Positions 30,550-40,746 are shown, counted from the first letter of the stretch. The stretch: DNA of 64,000 bases from an uncultured Microthrixaceae bacterium (GCA_963717755.1 CAVQWY010000004.1:75451-139450), one strand, 5' to 3'. A program made the numbers and translations. The notes: a model not told the origin generated them from the letters alone.

Positions 30550-31212
30550 TCAGTCGTCCAGCATCCAGTCGAAGGGGCGGTCGTCCTCGCTGCCGTGGTA
30601 GTCGGCGGGGGCGGCCTCCTTGGCGGCGCTCACGAAGCGCCGCACCAGGGTGGGGTCCTTGATGCCCGGCTCCGACTCCACACCGGTCGCCACGTCGACG
30701 CCCCACGGGCGCACCCGCTCGATCGCCTCGCCCACGTTCTCCGGCGTGAGGCCGCCCGCCAGCAGCAGTCGCAACCCAGACGGCGCGCCTTCCGCGAGGG
30801 ACCAGTCGAACACCTCGCCCGATCCTGGGCTGGCCGAGTCGACCATCACGATGTCCGCGCCGTAGCCGGCCGCCTTGGCCAGCTCGGGGTCGCCACCCGG
30901 GAACGCCTTGATCAGGAGCGAGACCCTCGACCGGACCCAGTGGCTCGCCTCAGCCGACTCGTGGCCATGCAGCTGCGCGGCTCGGACGCCCGCTTGGTTC
31001 ACGAGGTCGACGACCCGCTCCTTCGCCTCATCGCGGAAGATGCCGACGGTGAGGATCTCCGGCGGTAGGCGCTTCACGATGTCGGCCGCCCGGGACACGG
31101 CGAGGAACCGGGGCGAGGACGGCACGAAGTTGAAGCCCACCGCGTCGGCCCCCATGGCCACCGCGAGGAGGGCGTCCTCCTCCGACGTGATCCCGCAGAT
31201 CTTGACGAACAC
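30550..31212 (-). CDS. trpF: Phosphoribosylanthranilate isomerase
   Basis: Intact 220 aa ORF: MFVKICGITSEEDALLAVAMGADAVGFNF...AQLHG...LLLAGGLTPENV...VDVATGVE. About 20 residues of acidic C-terminal tail follow. Confidence 0.9.
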   Translation of the reverse strand: MFVKICGITSEEDALLAVAMGADAVGFNFVPSSPRFLAVSRAADIVKRLPPEILTVGIFRDEAKERVVDLVNQAGVRAAQLHGHESAEASHWVRSRVSLLIKAFPGGDPELAKAAGYGADIVMVDSASPGSGEVFDWSLAEGAPSGLRLLLAGGLTPENVGEAIERVRPWGVDVATGVESEPGIKDPTLVRRFVSAAKEAAPADYHGSEDDRPFDWMLDD

Positions 31213-31221
31213 GCGTTGAGG

Positions 31222-32010
31222 CTACCGACGCGCTGCCCGGAGAGCGGTGACCGCCCCGGCCGGATCGGCGGCGGTGACGGTCGACTCCCCCACCAGCACC
31301 GCGTGGAACCCGGCGTCGGCCAACCGGGCGGCGTCTTCGGGCCCACGGATGCCCGACTCCGCCACCCGCAGCACGTGATCGGGCATGGCCGCCCCCACCC
31401 GCACCGCACGCTCGGTGTCGACGTCGAACGTGACGAGGTCGCGCTGGTTGACCCCGATGAGCGACGCGCCCGCCGCGACCGCACGGGCGAGCTCGGCCTC
31501 GTCGTGCACCTCGACCAGCACGTCGAGCGAAAGATCGACGGCGAGGGCATGCAGCTCCGCCAGCTCGTCGTCGGTCAGAGCCGCCACGATCAGCAGCACC
31601 GCATCGGCACCCATGAGGCGCGCGTCGCACACGTCGCGGGGTTCGACGGTGAAGTCCTTCCGCAGGACGGGTACGGCCACCGCCGCGCGCGCCGCCTGCA
31701 GGTCCGCCGCCGAGCCCCCGAACCACTCCTGGTCCGTCAGGACCGACAGGCAGGCGGCGCCGCCCGCCGCGTAGGCCTGGGCCATCTCCGTGGGGTCGAG
31801 GTCGGGGGCCAGCTCACCCTTGGAGGGCGACCGGCGCTTCACCTCGGCGATGACGGCCAGCTCCCTGGCGGACGCGGCGCGCAGCGCGGCCGCGAAGCCC
31901 CGAGGCGGAGCCACCCCGCGCGCCTCGTCGACGAGATCCTCGAGCGACCGCGCGTCGGCCGCCGCCGCGGCGCGGTGCGCCGTCAGGATGCGGTCGAGGT
32001 ACGTCGCCAC
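31222..32010 (-). CDS. trpC: Indole-3-glycerol phosphate synthase
   Basis: Intact 262 aa ORF with LAVIAEVKRRSPSKG, SVLTDQEWFGGS, PVLRKDF, and LIGVNQRDL. Confidence 0.95.
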   Translation of the reverse strand: MATYLDRILTAHRAAAAADARSLEDLVDEARGVAPPRGFAAALRAASARELAVIAEVKRRSPSKGELAPDLDPTEMAQAYAAGGAACLSVLTDQEWFGGSAADLQAARAAVAVPVLRKDFTVEPRDVCDARLMGADAVLLIVAALTDDELAELHALAVDLSLDVLVEVHDEAELARAVAAGASLIGVNQRDLVTFDVDTERAVRVGAAMPDHVLRVAESGIRGPEDAARLADAGFHAVLVGESTVTAADPAGAVTALRAARR

Positions 32011-32047
32011 GGGGCGGGGACCCTACCGCCTGGACTCCGGCCGGCGA

Positions 32048-32536
32048 TCACGGGTTCGGCCGCCGTGAGCTGAGCAGCGCGACGAACGGTGCGGCGAGGA
32101 ACATCCCGCACGACAGCACGAACAGAGCCATCGCCACGACGATGGCGGACGCCGAGCCGAACATCATCCCGATGCACCCGAGCGCCACCGACGCCGCGAA
32201 CACCGCCACCGGGAGCAGGGACAGCCAACGCGGCAGCACCACGCGACCACCGAGGGGGGTGTCGTCCTCCAGATCGGCGCGGAAGTCGTCCTCGTCGCTG
32301 CGCACCACCCGCGGCTCCTCGGCCACCGACGTAGTCCCGCCTCGCAGGGTCAGGTCGTACAGCGCCCGGCGACCGGGGTCGCTCAGCGTGGCCCACGCCG
32401 CGTTGACGGCCCGCATCGTGCCGGCGTCGCCACCTGATCGATCCGGGTGGTGCTGGCGCGCCATCGCCACGTAGGCGGCTCGGACCTCGGCGGTCGACGC
32501 CGAGGGCAGGACCCCGAGCACGTCGTAGTGCGTCAT
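32048..32536 (-). CDS. J-domain protein with C-terminal transmembrane helices
   Basis: ATG at 32534-32536. MTHYDVLGVLPSASTAEVRAAYVAMARQHHPDR carries the HPD motif. The C-terminus has two hydrophobic helices (LSLLPVAVFAASVALGCIGMMF, VVAMALFVLSCGMFLAAPFVALL). Confidence 0.75.
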   Translation of the reverse strand: MTHYDVLGVLPSASTAEVRAAYVAMARQHHPDRSGGDAGTMRAVNAAWATLSDPGRRALYDLTLRGGTTSVAEEPRVVRSDEDDFRADLEDDTPLGGRVVLPRWLSLLPVAVFAASVALGCIGMMFGSASAIVVAMALFVLSCGMFLAAPFVALLSSRRPNP

Positions 32537-33484
32537 GGGGCCGTCGTGGTGGTGGTGGTCGTCGCCGCGCTCGGGGTCGATGCACGGTGGCAGCTCGAGC
32601 GCCACCGACTGGATCGTCACCGCCGGCTCCGTCGTGGTGGTGGGCGAGGCCGGTGGCGGCGCGCCGGGCGCGGGCCGGACGACGATCGGCACGCGCAGCG
32701 TCAGCCCGGACGCGCCCGTGCGCACGCAGAGCAGCTCGAACCGAGCTCGACCTCCGCTGGAGAGCGCCACCGACGGGCTCGGCGGTTCCACGAACGTGGT
32801 GCTGCTGGTGGACGAGCTGCCGTCATCGGTGAACCCGTCGTCTGTGGAGCCACCGTCGCTGGAGTCGTCGCGCAGGATCCACCGGCCGAGACCGCTGAGC
32901 TCGACGACCGCTCCCGACACCGGCGTCGAGCGCACCACCCCGTCGGCGGCCACCGTCCGCTGCACGACGTACACCACCAGGTTCACCGCCGCATCCAAGG
33001 TGGGTTGGTCGGGAGCCACGTCCGCCCGCACCAGCACCCCACGCTGGTCGTCCACCACGAGGTCGAACGAGTGCTCCTCCCCGTCGGCGAGGAAGCGCGC
33101 CTCGGCGGCGGTCTGCGCGAACGCCGGTGCGAGGAACGCCCGCACGCGGTAGCGGCCTCCCGGTACCCCCCGCAGCTCCCAACGGCCGTCGGCGGCGGTG
33201 AGCACGTCGTGGCGGACCTCGTGGCCGGCCACGAGGCGGTCGATCCGCACGGTGGCCCCTGCGAGCGGTCCCGTGGGCCCACGGACCGTGCCGACGAGGG
33301 CGGCCGTCCCCTTGTCATCGATGGTCGTGGTCGTCTCGCCTCCCACGCCGGGGAGCACCACGCCGCTCCGGTCGACGACCGTGGTCGACGTCGTGGCGCG
33401 GGTGGTCGGAGGCGGCCCGGCGTCGTCATCGGTGCACCCCACGACCAGCAGCGCCAGGGGGACGAGCAGCGCGCGAGCGGTCAC
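32533..33484 (-). CDS. Lipoprotein with a carboxypeptidase-regulatory-like beta-sandwich segment and His-rich tail
   Basis: GTG at 33482-33484 (GTGA overlap with the ygfZ stop). Lipobox LALLVVGC. GTVRGPTGPLAGATVRIDRL...DGRWELRGVPGGRYRVRAF. The tail is DDHHHHDGP. As given it reads in-frame into the J-domain gene. An ATGA stop/start overlap exists one frame away. Confidence 0.55.
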
Positions 33485-34344
33485 CGCAACGGCAATGCCG
33501 CGGTGGTCGCGGTGGCGGTCGTGCCGTCGGGCTCCCTGAGCTCCACGGCGGTGCCGGGGGCCACCGACCGAGCGATCGGCGCCAGGGCGATCGCCCCCAG
33601 GGCCGCGGACCGGCCGGACGACGTCACGGTGCCGACCTCCGCACCGTCCACGACGACGGTGGTGCCCACGGGCACGGGCTCGCCGTCGACCAGCAACCCG
33701 CGCACCGGTCGGGGCACGTTGCCGCCCCGGCTGTCGATGCGCGCCACCAGCTCCTGCCCCGTGTAGCAGCCCTTGGTGAAGCTCACCGACGAGTCGATGA
33801 GCCACTGGCCGCCTTCGGCCGGGATCGTGGTCTCGATGAGCTCGGCGCCCATGGCGGGCACACCTGCCTCGATGCGGAGCGCGTCGAGCGAGCTGGCATC
33901 GACGAGCGGCACGCCCGATGGCGCTCGGCCGTCGAGCACGTCGAAGCCCTCGACGCCAGGCCACCCGGCCGGAGCGGCGCCCGGAGGAGCCAACGCATCG
34001 GACCCGGGGCCGCGCACCGCGTGGCCTGCCTGCGTCAGGAGCTCGAGCTCGACCTTGGTGCGGAGCTTGAAGCGCGCCAGCCGCGCCCGGACGGCTTCGC
34101 CGTAGCCGGTGTCGACGTCGAGGCGGACGTCATCGTCGGCCAGCCGCGTGGCGCGGAGCCAGGCGTCGACCTTGCCGGTGGGCTGCAGGAGCAGCGACCA
34201 GGCGGACTCGCCCACGGCCAGCCCCTCGATGTCCTGGCTGAGCTGGCCCTGCAGGAACCCGATCGCTTCGGGTCCGTGCACCCGTACGACGTCCCGGACC
34301 ATGGGCACCGCGCCCACCGTGGTTCGCAGGTCGACGTCCCCCAT
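33481..34344 (-). CDS. ygfZ: Folate-binding YgfZ/GcvT-family protein
   Basis: Intact ORF with RVHGPEAIGFLQGQLSQDI, FTKGCYTGQELVARIDSRGG (the KGCYxGQE motif), and VGTVTSS. Confidence 0.8.
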   Translation of the reverse strand: MGDVDLRTTVGAVPMVRDVVRVHGPEAIGFLQGQLSQDIEGLAVGESAWSLLLQPTGKVDAWLRATRLADDDVRLDVDTGYGEAVRARLARFKLRTKVELELLTQAGHAVRGPGSDALAPPGAAPAGWPGVEGFDVLDGRAPSGVPLVDASSLDALRIEAGVPAMGAELIETTIPAEGGQWLIDSSVSFTKGCYTGQELVARIDSRGGNVPRPVRGLLVDGEPVPVGTTVVVDGAEVGTVTSSGRSAALGAIALAPIARSVAPGTAVELREPDGTTATATTAALPLR

Positions 34345-34354
34345 GGGCCCGACG

Positions 34355-35896
34355 CTACCCAGCGGATGACGGGGAGCCGCCCGCATGGGCCCGACGGCGA
34401 GCCGTCATGCGGCGAGCGGCGGGGATGGCCGCCAGCAGAGCGCGCGCCTTGTTGTGGCACTCGAGGTCTTCCTGCTCGGGGATGCTGTCCACGACGATGC
34501 CCGCGCCCGCCTGCACCGAGGCTCGCCCGTCATCGCCGACGATGAGCGTGCGGATGGCGATCGCCGTATCGATGTTGCCCGCGAAGTCGAGGTACCCGAC
34601 GACCCCTGCATACGGTCCGCGCTTGGTGGGCTCGAGAGCGTCGATGATCTCCATGGCCCGCACCTTCGGTGCCCCGGACACGGTGCCCGCCGGCAGGGTG
34701 GCGCGCAGCACGTCGATGGCGTTCTTGCCTTCCCGGAGCCGGCCGGACACCTGGGACGTCATGTGCATCACGTGGCTGTAGCGCTCGAGCGTCATCATCT
34801 CGTCGACGCTGACCGAGCCGAACTCGACCACCCGACCCACGTCGTTGCGCGCGAGGTCGACCAGCATGATGTGCTCCGCGATCTCCTTTGGATGCTCGAC
34901 GAGCTCAGCGGCCATGCGCCGGTCCTCCTCGTCGGTCCGCCCGCGTCGACGGGTGCCGGCGATGGGCCGTGAGATCACCGTGCCGTCGAGCAGCTTGACC
35001 AGCGGCTCGGGCGACGAGCCCACCAGCGTCACGCCCGGCTGGCGCACGAAGTACATGTACGGGCTCGGGTTGATCTGTCGGAGCACCCGGTACACGTCGA
35101 ACGGGTGGGCGTCGAGGTCGAGATCGAACCGCTGCGCGACGATCACCTCGAAGATGTCGCCGGCGAGGATGTGCTCCTTGGCGACCTCCACCGCTTGGCA
35201 GTAGCTCTCCGCTCCCATCACCGACCGCACATCGGGCAACGGGTCCTCGGGATCAGGCGGCTCCACGAGCGGCTCGTCGAGGGGACCAGCGCCGTCGGCA
35301 CCGAGCTCGTCGATGCGCGCGACGGCCGCGTCGTACCGAGCGTCGAGCTCCGCCTCGGTCAGGCCGGGCTCGACGAGCACGTTGTCGATCAGGTGCACGC
35401 GCTGGCGCCAGTGGTCGTAGGCGGCCAGCTGCCCGATCACGGCCACCATCGCATCGGGGTGGCCCTGGTCGTCGGGCGGCACGTCGGGGAGGTGCTCGAC
35501 CTCTCGCACGACGTCGTAGCCGAGGTAGCCCATGATCCCGCCGTGCAGCGGCGGGAGGTCGTCGAGGGTGGGCGCCTTCCACACCTCGAGCAGGTGCTCG
35601 ATGGCGGCGAGGATGCCCTGGTCCACCGGGATGCCTTCGGGCAGCTGGCCGGACCTCTCCACCGTGCGGCCGCGCGCGGTGAGGGTGGCCAGCGGATTGC
35701 GACCGATGAACGACCAGCGTCCCCACCGGTCACCATGGTCCACGGACTCGAGCAGGAACCCCGGTTCGTCGCCGACCACGCGCAAAAAGGCCGAGACAGG
35801 GGTGCTGAGGTCGGCCAGCACCTCGCGCCAGACCGGGATGACCGTGTGCTCGCGGGCGAGGGAGCGGAACTCCTCGCGGCTGGGGCGGAGCGTCAC
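34355..35896 (-). CDS. trpE: Anthranilate synthase component I
   Basis: GTG at 35894-35896 (GTGA overlap with the hisI stop). Motifs: [60 protein letters not shown]. Confidence 0.95.
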   Translation of the reverse strand: MTLRPSREEFRSLAREHTVIPVWREVLADLSTPVSAFLRVVGDEPGFLLESVDHGDRWGRWSFIGRNPLATLTARGRTVERSGQLPEGIPVDQGILAAIEHLLEVWKAPTLDDLPPLHGGIMGYLGYDVVREVEHLPDVPPDDQGHPDAMVAVIGQLAAYDHWRQRVHLIDNVLVEPGLTEAELDARYDAAVARIDELGADGAGPLDEPLVEPPDPEDPLPDVRSVMGAESYCQAVEVAKEHILAGDIFEVIVAQRFDLDLDAHPFDVYRVLRQINPSPYMYFVRQPGVTLVGSSPEPLVKLLDGTVISRPIAGTRRRGRTDEEDRRMAAELVEHPKEIAEHIMLVDLARNDVGRVVEFGSVSVDEMMTLERYSHVMHMTSQVSGRLREGKNAIDVLRATLPAGTVSGAPKVRAMEIIDALEPTKRGPYAGVVGYLDFAGNIDTAIAIRTLIVGDDGRASVQAGAGIVVDSIPEQEDLECHNKARALLAAIPAARRMTARRRAHAGGSPSSAG

Positions 35897-36255
35897 CCGA
35901 AGGCCCGGAAGAAGCAGGAGCGCGCGCCGGTGTGGCAGGCGCCCTTGCCCTCCTGCTCCACGACGAAGAGCAAGGTGTCGCCGTCGCAGTCGTAGAAGGC
36001 CTGGCGTACGAACTGGCGGTCGCCGCTCGTGTCGCCCTTCCGCCACACCTCCTGCCGGCTGCGCGACCAGAACACGGTGCGTCCCTGCTCGAGGGTCATG
36101 CGCAGCGTCTCGGCGTTCATCCACCCGACCATCAGCACCGTGCCGGTGCCCTCCTCCTGCACGACCGCCGTCACGAGGCCGGCGTCGTCGTACTTCACGA
36201 GGCCCAGCTGGTCGTCCGTGGCAGCGATGGGGGTGGCGACGGGCATGGCGAGCAT
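35893..36255 (-). CDS. hisI: Phosphoribosyl-AMP cyclohydrolase
   Basis: Intact 120 aa ORF with [38 protein letters not shown], and DCDGDTLL...CHTG. Confidence 0.9.
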   Translation of the reverse strand: MLAMPVATPIAATDDQLGLVKYDDAGLVTAVVQEEGTGTVLMVGWMNAETLRMTLEQGRTVFWSRSRQEVWRKGDTSGDRQFVRQAFYDCDGDTLLFVVEQEGKGACHTGARSCFFRAFG

Positions 36256-36298
36256 CGTACGAGGGCTCGTCAGGAGGGCCCCAACCGGTTGCGCCGGC

Positions 36299-38719
36299 TC
36301 ACTCCGTCCGTAGGACGGGCCCGACGCGCAGCGACGCGGCGCGGTGCGACGGCCAGGCCGCCAGGACGGCGGCGGCGAGCAGCGCGATCGGCGCGATGAG
36401 GGCCAGCGCCCACACCGCGAACGGGGGCACGTACTCGATCGGCGTGGTGTCGGCGACCGATCGCCACAGGGTGCGACCGAGTGCGAACCCGAGCGGGACG
36501 CCCACGGTCAACCCGACCAGGGCCAGGAGGGTCGCCTGGGTCAGCACCGCGGCCACGCTCTGCCACCGCGTGACGCCGAGCGCTCGCAGGACGGCGAGGT
36601 CGTGGCGTCGGCGTCGAACGGCAGTGGCGAGGGCGTGCCCGACCGCCGCCACGGCGAGCAGGGCCAGGAACGCCGCCAGGAACAACGGGAGGCGCTGCAG
36701 CTCCTCCAGCTCGGCCAACCGGGGCGGGGATCCGATCGGCGCGATCACCGAGGCCACCTCCTCCGGGGCGACCTCAAACGCCTCGGCGAGGGACGCGACG
36801 AGGCGCTCCAGGACCACCTCTGGATCGGCCCCGTCGCGGAGCACGATGTCGATGTTGTGGAACTTGAAGCCCGTGATGAGCTCGTCGTAGGTGTCCGGGC
36901 GCATCCACGCCCCGGTGTCGTAGGAGTTGTGCGAGCCCTCTGGGACGAAGGCGATCCCGGTCACCGTGTACGAACCGGTCGAGCGCGATCCCACCATCTC
37001 GATGGTGTCGCCCACCTCGGTCCCGGTGTCCTCCGCGGACCTCGGCGCGAGCGTGACCTCGTCAGCCGCCTCGGGGAGCCGACCCTCGGTGAGGACGACC
37101 GGCATGTCACCGGCCGCGTCGAGCACGAAGGCGGGGACCGGCACCGGCCCCGACTCGACCACTCCCTGCCGCGTGTTGTTGACGGCGAGCACGTCAGCGT
37201 CCTCGGCGACCACTCGCACCAGGTCCTCGGCGGGGACGAAGTCCTGCCCGTTGAACCCAGCGAAGGTCTGGAGCTGCGCAACCTGACCGAAGCGCTCTGG
37301 GTGATCGGCCGCGTCCCCCACTCCCGCCGCGAAGGTCAGCGCCGCCACCACACCGAGCACCCCCACGACCGACCCGATGAGCGCGGGGTACACGGGCACC
37401 GACTGGGGGCCGCGACCGCGGTCGAGCGCGAAGCTGGCGCCCACCGTGAGCGGGACGGGGGCACCGGTCCGCGCCGCGAGGTTGGCGACGAGCGATCGCC
37501 GTCCAACGCCGTCGGCCACCAGCGAGCGCGACGCTCGCCGGGACGCCAGCACCGCTCCCATGGCAACGAGCAGCGGGACCAGCACGGCGCCGGCCGCCAG
37601 CACCGCCAGGTTGGCGTGCCGACCTGGTGACGGCTCGAAGGGCTTCGCCGTCCCGATCGGGAACCGTGACGAGCCCGCTACGGCGATGCCAACACCGATG
37701 ACCGCGCCGATGACCGCCGCCACCGTCGGGGTGAACGCGGCGGCTCCGCGCACGTGCCGCGGCGACATGCCCATGGAGAGGAGCACCTGGAGGTCGCGCG
37801 TGCTGCCGGCCACGAAGCGCGCCACGGACTGCCCCACGAGGAACAGGGCGGCGATGAAGGCCGACAGCGCGAAGACCATGAGGGCGTCGGCCTCGAAGCC
37901 GGCCACGTCCGCCGTGTGCTGTCCCTCGGCCGCCAGGTAGAAGAAGTCGATGTCCCGACGGCCGCTGACCTCTGCCAGCTGCTCGCGGAAGCGGGGGACT
38001 CCTGCGGCTCCCTGGTCCAGTCGGACCAGCGCGTTGATGTGGACGGCGTCCTGCGTCCCGAGGAAGTTCTCCTCGTGCAGGTGGAACAGGCCCGGCGACG
38101 GGGTGAGCGCACCGTCGGCGATGGCGCCAGAGTCGCTGAACCAGGGCGCCCGCACGATCCCGACGATCGTGGCCTCGATCACCGGTCCGGCAGGGGGCCC
38201 ATCCGCTTCCCCCTCGACGCTGTAGTGGTTGTCGACCTGCTCCGATGTGTTGAGCGTGACGGTGACCGTGTCACCGACGCCCTTGCCGTAGGTCTCCTCG
38301 AAGCGGGCCGTGATCACCGCTTCGTCATCCCGCGTGGTGTCCGCCAGCCGGCCCTCCAGCACGACCGGCCGCTCGATGTCGTGCATGATCTCGTCGTCGA
38401 GCCAGACGAAGGCCGCGCCGTCACTGTCTTCGGGCACGCCCTCGACGGTGTACGTCACCAGCGGGAAGCGGGCGACCGCCGCGACGCCGGGGAGGGCGCG
38501 CACCTCGTCCCAGTCGAACCCAGCCTCGTTCGGGAGGACCGCGACGGTGGCCGGTAACGTGCGGTCGAGGAGGCGGTCGACGGTGGTGCCGCCCCGCCGC
38601 GACCCGGCCACCGCCGTGAGCACGACACCGGTGGTCAGCGCCACGAGCACGGACAACAGGAGGAGCGACCGGGCTCGGGTGCGGACGTCGTGGCGGATCC
38701 ACGCCCAGACCGCGCTCAA
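36299..38719 (-). CDS. Double-FtsX-domain ABC-type permease (MacB/YbbP-like) with no adjacent ATPase gene
   Basis: About 806 aa, intact from an inferred TTG at 38717-38719. It shows the N-terminal TM, large periplasmic domain and 3-TM pattern twice (e.g. [17 protein letters not shown]...[14 protein letters not shown] and [18 protein letters not shown]...[13 protein letters not shown]). The upstream part of the tracked 1339 aa ORF is antisense overprint of the plus-strand gene. Confidence 0.75.
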   Translation of the reverse strand: MSAVWAWIRHDVRTRARSLLLLSVLVALTTGVVLTAVAGSRRGGTTVDRLLDRTLPATVAVLPNEAGFDWDEVRALPGVAAVARFPLVTYTVEGVPEDSDGAAFVWLDDEIMHDIERPVVLEGRLADTTRDDEAVITARFEETYGKGVGDTVTVTLNTSEQVDNHYSVEGEADGPPAGPVIEATIVGIVRAPWFSDSGAIADGALTPSPGLFHLHEENFLGTQDAVHINALVRLDQGAAGVPRFREQLAEVSGRRDIDFFYLAAEGQHTADVAGFEADALMVFALSAFIAALFLVGQSVARFVAGSTRDLQVLLSMGMSPRHVRGAAAFTPTVAAVIGAVIGVGIAVAGSSRFPIGTAKPFEPSPGRHANLAVLAAGAVLVPLLVAMGAVLASRRASRSLVADGVGRRSLVANLAARTGAPVPLTVGASFALDRGRGPQSVPVYPALIGSVVGVLGVVAALTFAAGVGDAADHPERFGQVAQLQTFAGFNGQDFVPAEDLVRVVAEDADVLAVNNTRQGVVESGPVPVPAFVLDAAGDMPVVLTEGRLPEAADEVTLAPRSAEDTGTEVGDTIEMVGSRSTGSYTVTGIAFVPEGSHNSYDTGAWMRPDTYDELITGFKFHNIDIVLRDGADPEVVLERLVASLAEAFEVAPEEVASVIAPIGSPPRLAELEELQRLPLFLAAFLALLAVAAVGHALATAVRRRRHDLAVLRALGVTRWQSVAAVLTQATLLALVGLTVGVPLGFALGRTLWRSVADTTPIEYVPPFAVWALALIAPIALLAAAVLAAWPSHRAASLRVGPVLRTE

Positions 38720-38827
38720 CGATGCCTGCCCATGCTCTGACCGTAGGCGTCCCGGCGGCGTCGTAGAAGGGCGCTGACCCCCAGTACCGAGGGGAGGGTG
38801 CCACCCCTGCGGCCATAGCCTCCCGAG

Positions 38828-40378
38828 GTGACCGAGCCGTGGGTGCGCTACGAGGACGACCACCTGCTGGCCGTGGCCAAGCCCGCCGGGGTGAACACCC
38901 ATCGGGCCGACGAGCACGCCCAGGACGGCATGCACGAGTGGGTGCAGCGCCAGCGGCCGACCCACCGCCTGTCGGTGCTCCACCGGCTCGACAAGGCGAC
39001 CTCCGGCATCCTCCTCTTCGGAAAGACCCCCCAAGCCAACCGGACGCTCACGGCGCAGTTCGAGGCCCGACGGACGGCGAAGCGCTACGAGCTGCTGGTG
39101 GTGCGGGACGACCAGCGTCCCAGCTCGCTCGCCGGCCGCGCTCCCATCGACGGCGCCGACGCCACCACCGACTTCGACCGCCAGGCGACGGGGGTCGACG
39201 TCGAGCGTTGGGACGCTCGCCCGCAGACAGGCCGCACCCACCAGATCCGCGTGCACGCGACCCACGTCGGCATCCCGATCCTCGGTGATGCTGAGCACAA
39301 CGGGGCGCCCGCGCCGCGGCTCTTCCTGCATGCCGCCTCCCTCGCGGTGGAGCATCCGGACGGAGACCAGAGAACGCTGTCCGTCGAGCGGCCGGCGAGC
39401 TTCGACGAGATGCTCGCCGGCGCTGATCCCGGCGACCCGATCGTCGCCGCCACGGTCGCCCACGAGGCGCGAGCCCTCTTGTTCGACCCCGCTGACACCA
39501 ACGCCTACGTCTCGATCGACCGCCACCACGACGGCTTTCCCGAGGTACGGGTCGAGCGGCTCGGTGACGTCGCCCTCGTCCACCGCTACGACGACGCGCC
39601 CCTCCCGACCACTTGGCTCGACGCCATCGAGACGACGCTGGCGCCCTCCGCCGTCTACGAGCACCACCACCCGAAGGGCGGCGGGGGCGCCCCGGCGCAG
39701 CGCGTGGCCGGGGCGGGCGACCCTCGGTTCGAGGTCGCCGAGCTGGGGGTGCGCTACCGGATCGACCTCGACGCCAGCGCGACGTCGAGCGGCCTGTTCC
39801 TCGACCAGCGCGAGACGCGGCGGGAGCTCCTGACGCGCGACCTCAGGGGCAGGACCGTGCTGAACACGTTCGCCCACACTGGATCGCTGTCGGTCGCGGC
39901 CGCCCTCGCCGGCGCGGAGACGCTCACGCTCGACCTCAGCCCGAACTACCTCGACTGGGCTCGGGACAACCTGCGTGCCAACGCCCTCGACCCCGAGGAC
40001 CACGACTTCGTGTTCGGCGACGCCCTCGAGTGGCTCGAGCGGTTCGCCAAGAGGGGTCGCACGTTCGACGTCGTCCTGGTCGACCCACCGAGCAGCAGCA
40101 CCCCCCGCAAACGCGGGCGCGGCCGCTGGGTGGCCGAGCGCGACCTGCACCTGCTCGTCGAGCGCGCCGCCCGCGTCGTCGCTCCCGGCGGGTCGTTGTT
40201 CGTGTCGACCAACCTGCGTCGGATGACCTGGCCCGCCTTCGTCGACCACCTCCATCGGGGTCTCGACGCCACCGGCCGCGCCGGGGACGTCGACACCCGG
40301 ACCCTGCCGCTCGATCACCGCAGCGGCCCCGGCGACCCGCCCTACCTGAAGGCTGCTTGGATCGCGCTCACGTCCTGA
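38828..40378 (+). CDS. Fusion of an RluA-family pseudouridine synthase with an RlmI-like SAM-dependent RNA methyltransferase
   Basis: Intact 516 aa ORF. The N-terminal half has HRLDKATSGILLFGK (catalytic Asp) and GRTHQIRVH. The C-terminal half has GLFLDQRETR, VLNTFAHTGSLSVAAALAGA...LDLS and VLVDPPS. Confidence 0.75.
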   Translation: MTEPWVRYEDDHLLAVAKPAGVNTHRADEHAQDGMHEWVQRQRPTHRLSVLHRLDKATSGILLFGKTPQANRTLTAQFEARRTAKRYELLVVRDDQRPSSLAGRAPIDGADATTDFDRQATGVDVERWDARPQTGRTHQIRVHATHVGIPILGDAEHNGAPAPRLFLHAASLAVEHPDGDQRTLSVERPASFDEMLAGADPGDPIVAATVAHEARALLFDPADTNAYVSIDRHHDGFPEVRVERLGDVALVHRYDDAPLPTTWLDAIETTLAPSAVYEHHHPKGGGGAPAQRVAGAGDPRFEVAELGVRYRIDLDASATSSGLFLDQRETRRELLTRDLRGRTVLNTFAHTGSLSVAAALAGAETLTLDLSPNYLDWARDNLRANALDPEDHDFVFGDALEWLERFAKRGRTFDVVLVDPPSSSTPRKRGRGRWVAERDLHLLVERAARVVAPGGSLFVSTNLRRMTWPAFVDHLHRGLDATGRAGDVDTRTLPLDHRSGPGDPPYLKAAWIALTS

Positions 40379-40388
40379 ACCGCGGCGG

Positions 40389-40721
40389 CTAGAGGTAGAG
40401 ACCGGTGCTGGCGTCCTCGAGCCGCTTGGCGGCCACCGCGTGGATGTCGCGCTCCCGCAGGATGATGTAGTCGTCGCCGCGGACCTCGACCTCGTAGCGG
40501 TCCTCAGGGCTGAACAGCACGTGATCGCCCTGCTCCATGGTGCGGACGTTGGGACCAGACGCCACCACCTCGGCCCACACGAGCCGCTTCTTCATCTCCG
40601 CGGTGGCCGGGATGAGGATCCCGCCGGAGCTCTTGCGCTCACCCTCCGCGGTCAGCTTCACCAAGATGCGGTCGTTCAGCATCTTGATCGGGAGCTTCTC
40701 GCTCTCCTCGGAAGCCGTCAT
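40389..40721 (-). CDS. GroES/Cpn10-like protein, stand-alone
   Basis: Internal ATG at 40719-40721, 110 aa. The sequence IKMLNDRILVKLTAEGERKSSGGILIPATAEMKKRLVWAEVVASGP...GDHVLFSPEDRYEVEVRGDDYIILRERDIHAV aligns by eye with GroES. No groEL gene is nearby. Confidence 0.6.
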   Translation of the reverse strand: MTASEESEKLPIKMLNDRILVKLTAEGERKSSGGILIPATAEMKKRLVWAEVVASGPNVRTMEQGDHVLFSPEDRYEVEVRGDDYIILRERDIHAVAAKRLEDASTGLYL

Positions 40722-40746
40722 CGCGCCCACGATAGGTTCCCCGCCC

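Noticed and set aside
36299-40318. 1339-aa minus-strand ORF read as a single giant protein.
   Set aside because: Only the C-terminal roughly 806 aa (36299..38719) look like a real FtsX-type permease. The part above 38828 is the antisense of the well-supported plus-strand RluA-methyltransferase gene and is compositionally nonsense.
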